DNA of 63,503 bases, the filler included, from Octopus bimaculoides (Eukaryota): assembly GCF_001194135.2 (NCBI RefSeq). It is 9 parts of 8 records of this genome, joined end to end, with 100 filler letters (N's around TTAATTAATTAA, not from the genome) between each part and the next. Parts side by side here need not be neighbours in the genome. Positions count along the whole stretch, not along the records: positions 53,936 to 59,142 come from NC_069000.1; positions 59,243 to 60,961 come from NC_068989.1; positions 61,062 to 63,503 come from NW_026422380.1; 6 more parts are not named here. One strand, given 5' to 3'. The notes below the pieces were generated by a model. It did not search any database and was not told where the DNA came from. It worked only from the letters and a program-made list of their open reading frames with translations. The position numbers and the translations under genes are program-made. Below, piece by piece: positions 53,968 through 63,503 of the stretch (within the stretch, counting starts at the first letter, position 1; the number at the start of each line of letters is the position of its first letter).

Positions 53968-55405
53968 ATATACATGCACCCATAAATTATTCACATATAT
54001 GTGTATAATACCCTTCCCCCACATACACACACATATTCAGCATACGGGTGGACCTTCGTCCTGACCCTTCAAGGATTTGTCCCTCTATTGTTGTCCCCCT
54101 ACATATGTTCGTCTCAAAATGACAGGTGCTTATTTTAGCACCGACACCCTTTCATAATCCCCTTTCATCGCCGGCATTCCTTCACCTCCAGTCCTTGCTC
54201 TCCCCTTCACACATCGTCGCCTACGCCGGCCATTGAGTTACAGCTGGTATATACCTATTTATCTCAGAGCTAGGATCACATCTAAACGCCTCCCGTCAGT
54301 CTCTGCCTCTGTGTGTGTTATACTTATTAAGTAGAGAACCCTTCAACCACACAGGTGTTTGTATGTGTATGTGTAATATATATATATGGAGGTGGGGGAC
54401 GAACTCACACATAAACATATATACACACATTCACACACANNNNNNNNNNNNNNNNNNNNNNNNNNNNNNNNNNNNNNNNNNNNNNNNNNNNNNNNNNNNN
54501 NNNNNNNNNNNNNNNNNNNNNNNNNNNNNNNNNNNNNNNNNNNNNNNNNNNNNNNNNNNNNNNNNNNNNNNNNNNNNNNNNNNNNNNNNNNNNNNNNNNN
54601 NNNNNNNNNNNNNNNNNNNNNNNNNNNNNNNNNNNNNNNNNNNNNNNNNNNNNNNNNNNNNNNNNNNNNNNNNNNNNNNNNNNNNNNNNNNNNNNNNNNN
54701 NNNNNNNNNNNNNNNNNNNNNNNNNNNNNNNNNNNNNNNNNNNNNNNNNNNNNNNNNNNNNNNNNNNNNNNNNNNNNNNNNNNNNNNNNNNNNNNNNNNN
54801 NNNNNNNNNNNNNNNNNNNNNNNNNNNNNNNNNNNNNNNNNNNNNNNNNNNNNNNNNNNNNNNNNNNNNNNNNNNNNNNNNNNNNNNNNNNNNNNNNNNN
54901 NNNNNNNNNNNNNNNNNNNNNNNNNNNNNNNNNNNNNNNNNNNNNNNNNNNNNNNNNNNNNNNNNNNNNNNNNNNNNNNNNNNNNNNNNNNNNNNNNNNN
55001 NNNNNNNNNNNNNNNNNNNNNNNNNNNNNNNNNNNNNNNNNNNNNNNNNNNNNNNNNNNNNNNNNNNNNNNNNNNNNNNNNNNNNNNNNNNNNNNNNNNN
55101 NNNNNNNNNNNNNNNNNNNNNNNNNNNNNNNNNNNNNNNNNNNNNNNNNNNNNNNNNNNNNNNNNNNNNNNNNNNNNNNNNNNNNNNNNNNNNNNNNNNN
55201 NNNNNNNNNNNNNNNNNNNNNNNNNNNNNNNNNNNNNNNNNNNNNNNNNNNNNNNNNNNNNNNNNNNNNNNNNNNNNNNNNNNNNNNNNNNNNNNNNNNN
55301 NNNNNNNNNNNNNNNNNNNNNNNNNNNNNNNNNNNNNNNNNNNNNNNNNNNNNNNNNNNNNNNNNNNNNNNNNNNNNNNNNNNNNNNNNNNNNNNNNNNN
55401 NNNNN

Positions 55406-55454
<49 letters not shown>

Positions 55455-56099
55455 TTGTGTGTATGTATGTATGTATGAATATATGTATGTATGTGTGTAT
55501 GTATATATTGATAAATATGTCTGTGTGTATGTATGTATGCATGTATGTATGATAGAGAGGGGATTGAGAAAAGAAGGAAAAAACAGAGAGAAAGGGAGAG
55601 GAAGAGAGAGAAGAAGAAGAGAGAAAAGGGAAAGGGAAAAGAAAGAGAGAAGAAGAGAAAGAGCAGCTCCGACTTATTTTCAGCTGCGTAGATTGGAGCG
55701 ACATGAAGCAAACCGGTCCGAGAATCGAAACCACAATCTCGGGATGGGGGAGAGCAACACCTTAACCACAAGGCTATGCTCCTTCACACTCTGCCGCCCT
55801 AATTGGGGGCCTAATTGGCTGAACACCCTTCTTCCGTAGTTCAGACAATTAAAGCCATCAACGTTATGTATGCTTTTTCCTGTCTACTTATCTGCACACA
55901 TAAATGTCCACTTACTGACTTGGAGTTTATACAACTTTAAATGAACTAATTTTTGAGATTTCGTGAGTAAAAAAAAAGTAACATGAAATAAATGAATAAA
56001 TAAATAAATAAGTAAACAAAGTGTTTTCTTTTTGTTTTATGTTGTTGCTCTTAGTTGTTATAAAATTTTACAATTAATTCTTTTATACTCTTTTCTCTC

Positions 56100-56681
56100 T
56101 TTCACTTGTTTCAGTCATTTGACTGCGGCCATGCTGGAGCACCGTCTTTTAGTCGAGCAAATCGACCACAAGACTTATTCTTTGTAAGCCTAATACTTAT
56201 TCTATAGGACCCTTTTGTCGAAGCTCTAAGTTACGGGGAGGTAAACACACCACCATCGGTTGTCAGNNNNNNNNNNNNNNNNNNNNNNNNNNNNNNNNNN
56301 NNNNNNNNNNNNNNNNNNNNNNNNNNNNNNNNNNNNNNNNNNNNNNNNNNNNNNNNNNNNNNNNNNNNNNNNNNNNNNNNNNNNNNNNNNNNNNNNNNNN
56401 NNNNNNNNNNNNNNNNNNNNNNNNNNNNNNNNNNNNNNNNNNNNNNNNNNNNNNNNNNNNNNNNNNNNNNNNNNNNNNNNNNNNNNNNNNNNNNNNNNNN
56501 NNNNNNNNNNNNNNNNNNNNNNNNNNNNNNNNNNNNNNNNNNNNNNNNNNNNNNNNNNNNNNNNNNNNNNNNNNNNNNNNNNNNNNNNNNNNNNNNNNNN
56601 NNNNNNNNNNNNNNNNNNNNNNNNNNNNNNNNNNNNNNNNNNNNNNNNNNNNNNNNNNNNNNNNNNNNNNNNNNNNNNNNN

Positions 56682-56721
<40 letters not shown>

Positions 56722-56880
56722 ACGGGCTTCTTTCAGTTTCCGTCTACCAAATCCATTCACAAGGCTTTGGTCAGCCCGAGGCTATAGTAGAAGACACTTG
56801 CCCAAGGTGCCACGCAGTGGGACTGAACCCGGAACCATGTGGCTGGTAGGCAAGCTACTTACCACACAGCCACTCCTACG
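56100..56880 (-). mobile_element. SINE family A spanning an N gap at its internal microsatellite
   Basis: Tail at 56100-56266 and head at 56700-56880, both on the minus strand. Confidence 0.75.
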
Positions 56881-57622
56881 TCTTTCTTTCTATTCTTTTC
56901 CTCTCCACAATGTCTTTTGTGTTTCTTCTTGACGTCATTACCGTTAACGTTTTCGTTATTCTAGAACCGTTAGTCTTATTGTCGTAGTTGTTGTTGCGTT
57001 TATTGTTGTTATTGTAATTGTTATTCCTGTGGTTGCTTCTCGAGTTATTCTCGGTTTTTCTTTTTATCAACAGTGCAAGTATTGTCGCTGGTGCTTTTGT
57101 TTTCGTAATAATTGTGTTTGCTGTTGGCCTGGTTTTTCGTTGAATTTAATGTAATTGTTGCTATTGTTGATGTTGTTGTTGTTGTTACTGCTGATGCTCT
57201 TATATTTGTTGTTGTTGTTGTTACTGCTGATGCTCTTATATTTGTTGTTGTTGTTGTTACTACTGCAATTGTAGTATTTAAACTTTTGAAGGAATATTCC
57301 TGTTATTCCACTTACTGTACTTACCCCCACTACAACAACACTCTGCAATTGTTTGATTTTCTACTTGTATTTAACTGTTTTGATTTGCATTACATTTTAT
57401 TGTATGTTATTGTGCTTTATCGTGTATGTGCGCGCACGCGCGTGTATAGGCGTGGTAAGAAACTTGCTTCCGAACCACATGGTTCCGGGCTCAGTCAGTC
57501 CCACAGCGTAGCGCCTTGGACAAGTGTTTTCTACTATATCTTTGGGCCGACCAACGCCTTCTGCGTGAATTTTGTAGAGGGAGACTGAAAGAAGCCCGTC
57601 ATATATATATATATATATATAT

Positions 57623-58030
57623 AGGCGTAGGAGTGGCTGTGTGGTAAGTAGCTTGCTTACGAACCACATGGTTCTGGGTTCATTCCCACTGCGTGGCACC
57701 TTGGGCAAGTGTCTTCTACTATAGCCTCGGGTCGACCAAAGCCTTGTGAGTGGATTTGGTAGACGGAAACTGAAAGAAGCCTGTCGTATATATATGTATA
57801 TGTGTATATATGTGTGTGGGTGTTTGCATGTCTGTATTTGTCCTCCCAACATCGCTTGACAACCGATGCTGGTGTGTTTACGTCCCCGTAACTTAGCGGT
57901 TCGGCAAAAGAGACCGATAGAATAAGTACTAGGCTTCCAAAGAATAAGTCCTGGGGTCGATTTGCTCGACTAAAGGCGGTGCTCCAGCATGGCCTCAATC
58001 TAATGACTGAAACAAATAAAAAATAAAAGA
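57623..58030 (+). mobile_element. SINE family A, near full-length copy
   Basis: tRNA-like head gtggctgtgtggtaag...ggttca.tcccactgcgtggcaccttgggcaagtgtc, internal TA/TG microsatellite, tail gactgaaacaa-aaaataaaaga; more than 12 copies in the window. Confidence 0.85.
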
Positions 58031-59011
58031 AACACACACACACACACACACACGCGCGCGCGTGCGCCCGCGCGCCCACACACATCTGAGCGGTGGGTGG
58101 GGGTTGAAACACAACTATTTTAAAGGAACCTTAATTCCATGTTATGCGCAGAGTTTCAAATAGTGCAATAAATTCCAAGTCGACAAATTCTATCANNNNN
58201 NNNNNNNNNNNNNNNNNNNNNNNNNNNNNNNNNNNNNNNNNNNNNNNNNNNNNNNNNNNNNNNNNNNNNNNNNNNNNNNNNNNNNNNNNNNNNNNNNNNN
58301 NNNNNNNNNNNNNNNNNNNNNNNNNNNNNNNNNNNNNNNNNNNNNNNNNNNNNNNNNNNNNNNNNNNNNNNNNNNNNNNNNNNNNNNNNNNNNNNNNNNN
58401 NNNNNNNNNNNNNNNNNNNNNNNNNNNNNNNNNNNNNNNNNNNNNNNNNNNNNNNNNNNNNNNNNNNNNNNNNNNNNNNNNNNNNNNNNNNNNNNNNNNN
58501 NNNNNNNNNNNNNNNNNNNNNNNNNNNNNNNNNNNNNNNNNNNNNNNNNNNNNNNNNNNNNNNNNNNNNNNNNNNNNNNNNNNNNNNNNNNNNNNNNNNN
58601 NNNNNNNNNNNNNNNNNNNNNNNNNNNNNNNNNNNNNNNNNNNNNNNNNNNNNNNNNNNNNNNNAAAAAAAAAAAAGGATAAAGCAAAAAAAGTTCGGAG
58701 AGAAGGAAAAGAATAGCCTGATGTGTGACTGTGTGTGTACATGTGCACGCGTGCTTGCGCGTATGCGTGTATAAATATAGTTACATATATATATATGTGT
58801 GTGTGTTTGTGTCTGTGTATACATATATATATATATACTTATATATGTGTGTGTGTGTATGTATGCATATGTATATAAATACATGCACATGCATATACAT
58901 GATTACATATGTGTGTGCATGTATGGAGGGATGGATCGATGAATGCTTGTCTCAGTGTGTGTGAAGGGGCATGCTCTACAGGGTAGAATTTTCGGCTCAC
59001 GATCATAACGG

Positions 59012-59142
59012 CTTCTTCTTCTTCTTCTTCTTCTTCTTCTTCTTCTTCTTCTTCTTCTTCTTCTTCTTCTATTTCTTCTTCTTCTTCTTCTTCTTCTTCT
59101 TCTTCTTCTTCTTCTTCTTCTTCTTCTTCTTCTTCTTCTTCT
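59012..59142. repeat. (CTT)n microsatellite
   Basis: Directly visible; other pure tracts are (ATCT)n about 36685-36760 and (ATT)n 38205-38325 and 5485-5560. Confidence 0.95.
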
Positions 59143-59689
59143 NNNNNNNNNNNNNNNNNNNNNNNNNNNNNNNNNNNNNNNNNNNNTTAATTAATTAANN
59201 NNNNNNNNNNNNNNNNNNNNNNNNNNNNNNNNNNNNNNNNNNGTGAGGGCCAACTAGACCGCAACTGTTCCGCCGGGTCCGACCCGAGAGTTTGCGGATC
59301 GGGGCTCGTATCGCGGCCGAAACTTCGGCCTATAGATCGCACCGGCGGTTTGCCTGCAGAACTGCACCGCCTGACCGTCCTCCGCTTTCTCTTTGCTCCT
59401 AATTGCTCCCGATCGCTCGCCAGCTTCCTTCTCGCCGCAGAGACGACTCGCACGGCCTGCTTCCCTTCCATCGAGCGCCTCGGACACCTTTCCTAGGGTC
59501 TAGCGTGCGTAACGCACGGACACACACTCGCGGTCATTATTGCCGCCGAGACGACGGCCTTTCGATCGCACCGGCAGTTCGCCGGTGGAACTTCGCCGCC
59601 TAACCCTCCTCCGCTCTCTCTTTCCTCCTAATCGCTTCCGATCGCTCGCCGGCTTCCTTCAGGGCCGCCGCTTCCTTCTCGACCTGCTT

Positions 59690-60764
59690 CTGCGTACGTT
59701 CGTCAGTTCGAAAGTACGCACGTATATATGCGAAAGACCGAACGCACGGAGGTACGTAGGTTCGTTTGTTCGAACGTACGCGCGTATATATGTGAAACAA
59801 CGAACACACGTAGGTACGTACGTTCGTTTGTTCGAATGAACGCACGTATATATGCGAAAGACCGAGCGCACGTAGGCACGTACGTTCTTTTTTTCGATCG
59901 TGCTTACGTACGTATAAATACGATGGAACGAACGCACCTAGGTACGTACGTTCGTTTGTTCGAAAGTACGCAATTATATATGCGAAAGAACGAACTACGT
60001 AGGTACGTACGTTCGTCTGTTCGAACTTACGCGCGTATATATGTGAAAGAACGAATGTACGTAGGTGCATACGTTCGTTTGTTCGAACGTAAGCACGTAT
60101 ATATGCGAAGGAACGAACGCACGTAGGTGTAAGTACGTTCGTTTGTTCGAAACTACGCACGTATATATGAGAAAGAACGAACGCATGTAGGTACGTACGT
60201 TCGTCTGTTCGAACGTACGCGCGTATATATGCGAAAGAACGAACGGACGTAGGTACGTACGTTTGTTTGTTCGAACGTACGCACGTATATATGCGAAAGA
60301 ACGAACACACGTCTGTACTTACGTTCGTTTGTTCGATCGTACGCACATATATATGCGAAAGAACGAACGCACGTAGGCATGTACGTTCGTTTGTTCGAAC
60401 GTACACACGTGTATATGCGAAAGAATGAACGCACGTCGGTACGTACGTTTGTTTGTTCGAAAGTAACCGCGTATATATGCGAAAGAACGAACACACGTCT
60501 GTACTTACGTTCGTTTGTTCGATCGTGCTTGCGCACGTATATATATACGATGAAACGAACGCACGTAGGTACGTACATTCGTTTGTTCGAAAGTACGCGC
60601 GTATATATGTTAAAGAACGAACGTACGTAGGTGCATACGTTCGTTTGTTCGAACGTAAGAACGTACGTAGGTACGCACGTATATATGAGAAAGAACGAAT
60701 GCACGTTGGTACGTTCGTTTGTTCGAACATACGCACGTATATATGCGAAAGAACGAACGCACGC
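59690..60764. repeat. CpG-rich minisatellite, about 62-bp unit, about 17 copies
   Basis: Consensus acgaacgcacgtaggtacgtacgttcgtttgttcgaacgtacgcacgtatatatgcgaaaga; TATATA anchors at 59723, 59785, 59847, 59913, 59975...60738. Confidence 0.92.
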
Positions 60765-60961
60765 GGCTCTTAGCTCGAACGGGCGTACGTTCAGGCAAGA
60801 GCTACGGACGAAGCTCCGCGGCTCTTAGCTCGAACGGGCGTACGTTCAGGCAAGAGCTACGGACGAAGCTCCGCAGCTCTTAGCTCGAACGGGCGTACGT
60901 TCAGGCAAGAGCTACGGACGAAGCTCCGCGGCTCTTAGCTCGAACGGGCGTACGTTCAGGC
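60765..60961. repeat. 55-bp tandem repeat, about 3.6 near-identical copies, truncated by a spacer
   Basis: tagctcgaac recurs at 60771, 60826, 60881 and 60936. Confidence 0.93.
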
Positions 60962-61795
60962 NNNNNNNNNNNNNNNNNNNNNNNNNNNNNNNNNNNNNNN
61001 NNNNNTTAATTAATTAANNNNNNNNNNNNNNNNNNNNNNNNNNNNNNNNNNNNNNNNNNNNCTGAGAATCCCACAGATAGCATCACTAGTAACTCACAAA
61101 GGCAAAAACAATAAGAACAAACAATGAAAAACTAACCAATTCCAACGTTTTGGTTAGTTTTTCATTGATTTTTATTGTAAGAGCTGGGTCAGGCAGCTCC
61201 TACCTGGTCGAAAGCCATGTTGGGTATCACTCAGCAATTTATTTTCTTCAAGGAATGCAATTAGTTTTCCTCTGACTATCCTTGCCTACAATTGTTTCAT
61301 TTCACATCCAATTTAAATTACTAAACATATATAAATATATAAGCTGGTATTTCAAAATCCCTTCGGTGGAAAATCTTCAGGGCATGAAAAAGGAGAATAC
61401 AGAGATTATATTTTGATTGGTTGAAATACTCCAATTGACTAAGACTACATAAGGATGTTTTTTATATTTGTGTGTGTGTGCATGCATTAAAATTATTATT
61501 TTTATTCTCAATTGAATAATAAGAAGAAGAAGAACACTCAGAAAGAGCACAAATCTCTGCTATGGCAACACCAATGTCCTCTCAATGATTAGCTAGAGAT
61601 GATTTTTAAAATGAGAATATCTGAAATAAACTCGACTGCTCTCACAAATGATAATACTAATAATGAACCCAACTGCTTGTCGGCTTTTTATTGGTGCAAA
61701 TAATGTTGATGTTGCTATTGGTGATGATTATGAAATCAATTGTTATGGTGGTGGTAATCATCATCATCATCAACATCGTTTAACGTCCACTTTCC

Positions 61796-61964
61796 ATGCT
61801 AGCATGGATTGGACGATTTGACTGAGGACTGGTGAACCAAGTGGTTACACCAGGCTCCAATCTGATTTGGCAGAGTTTCTACAGCTGTGCCAAATCAGAT
61901 TGGAGCCTGGTGTAACCACTTGGTTCACCAGTCCTCAGTCAAATCGTCCAATCTATGCTAGCAT
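61796..61964. repeat. Near-perfect inverted repeat (77-bp arms, 15-nt loop) made from an RTE-type 3' end
   Basis: 61796-61872 is the reverse complement of 61888-61964 at 76/77 positions; loop gagtttctacagctg. Confidence 0.92.
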
Positions 61965-62062
61965 ATGATAATTGTGGTGGTGATGATGATGATGATGGTG
62001 GTGGTGAGGATGGTGGTGATGAGGATGATGGTAATAATGATCTTTCTATATTTCTATTTCAG

Positions 62063-62367
62063 ATCCCTATGTGAAGATGTGGTTAATGCATGGAAACACC
62101 CGGGTGGAGAAACGGAAGACCACAATCAAACGAAGGACCCTCAATCCCATATTTGAAGAGACTTTTATTTTCGATATATCCTGGGAAAAGATCCGTGAGT
62201 CTCAGATTCACGTCATTGTCATGGACTTTGATAAACTTGGCCGCAACGAACTGATTGGTAAGCTGGTGCTGGGCTCACGCAGTGGGCCGACAGAAATGAA
62301 ACACTGGAATGACATGGTATCGAAACCACGACAACCGGTTTTACAGTGGCATCTATTGAAGGATTAA
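62063..62367 (+). CDS. Syt7: Synaptotagmin-7, terminal exon encoding most of the C2B domain
   Basis: tttctatttcag|AT CCC TAT GTG; DPYVKMWL...VEKRKT...LNPIFEETF...[13 protein letters not shown]...[22 protein letters not shown]; the C-terminal HW..M..KPRQ...QWH signature is Syt7-type. Confidence 0.9.
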
Positions 62368-62798
62368 TTATACCTAGCTGTCTACCATCTGTCTATATTC
62401 AAATATACACACACACACAAACACATATATATATGCAAGATGTATATATATATATATATGTGTGTGTGTGTATGTGTGTGTGTGCAATATATATATATAT
62501 ATATATATGTCTAAAATATACAATATATGTATATATAACATACATATGTATGTACTATAAGATATATAACATGTAATACATATATAAATATATATGTATT
62601 TATGTATAACATGTTTTATATATGTATGTATAACATGTTTTATATGTATGTATATGTGTGTGCATGTGTATACAGATGGAATATATAATGTGTGTATATA
62701 CATATATATGTAATGTATATAAAAATACTACATATATTATTACTGGTATATTTATATACACACAGCACACATATATATACATACATACATACACATAT

Positions 62799-62840
<42 letters not shown>

Positions 62841-63503
62841 TATACGTTCAAGAAAATTCATCGAGTTCGAAGACAATCCCCGCACTGTCCCTCCATAACA
62901 TAACAACATACATACCAGAACCAACACACACACACACACACACAGATTGTAGATGAGTGGTGGTGGGGGGAGAAGAGATAAAAGGAAGGAAAGAAACAAC
63001 AACAACAAATACAACAACAACACTTATCTAATAATGGCATAAACGGCAACAACAACAACAACAACATTCACAACAACCATCGCAGCTCTTATAGTCTGAT
63101 ATAGTAGTCAAATCTCCCTCAAATTACAGCCTACCATCTCAAACCGAAAAAAAAACAAAAAAAAATACAAAATGAAATCCTATTCTATAATGTAGTCAGT
63201 AGTTGTAGATAAACTATAAATAAATGGGATGGTCATGGATGGAGTGTCTTTCGTCATAGGTCTGCTTGAATCATAGCTGGCCTGGGGTTAAACAACAGCT
63301 GCTGCTTCTACAAAAACCACAGTTACATCAACAAGGCTAGACATTCTATTACAATAGCCAAAACAACAACAACTCCAGCAGCAACAACAACAATAACAGT
63401 TTAAGACAAGACCTGAAAGAATGGTGCTGAATCAAAATGGCAAAACTTGAGGAACTTTTGTCTTGGAGGATGAAAATATAAGAAAAGAAATTTAATAAAA
63501 TTA

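Noticed and set aside
10447-57700. tRNA-like A/B-box heads as tRNA genes
   Set aside because: Each continues into a SINE body and no complete cloverleaf was seen
59600-60736. 378-aa ORF and overlapping ORFs in the 62-bp array
   Set aside because: They arise from a stop-poor tandem repeat and are open in several frames on both strands
59690-60961. CRISPR-like appearance (palindromic repeats at regular spacing)
   Set aside because: The intervening sequence is itself repeated, there are no unique spacers or cas genes, and the context is eukaryotic
43758-62367. scrib-Syt7 neighbourhood, nesting or fusion
   Set aside because: Three artificial spacers lie between them, and no upstream Syt7 exons were found

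Overview
AT-rich, microsatellite-dense animal genomic DNA with many N gaps. The repeat landscape and gene content suggest an octopus or related cephalopod (inference). Eight identical 100-bp spacers (44N-TTAATTAATTAA-44N) split the window into nine segments whose adjacency cannot be verified here. Two host genes are recognisable. One is four frame-consistent 3' exons of a scribble-like gene (43758-50552, +). The other is the last exon of synaptotagmin-7, encoding the C2B domain (62063-62367, +). The rest is mostly transposon debris: a Helitron Rep fragment, an RTE LINE, hAT/Buster, mariner, pogo/Tigger and Penelope remnants, three SINE-like families and MITEs. Nearly all ORFs in the track are microsatellite or gap artefacts. 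Most interesting: (i) several fold-back elements whose arms carry degenerate minimal hammerhead-ribozyme motifs of the Penelope type, plus solo hammerhead fossils; (ii) a 76/77-bp hairpin just upstream of the Syt7 exon; (iii) a CpG-rich 1.7-kb segment of self-complementary 62-bp and 55-bp tandem repeats. No prokaryote-type system (CRISPR, operon) is supported. All alignments and folds were done by eye.
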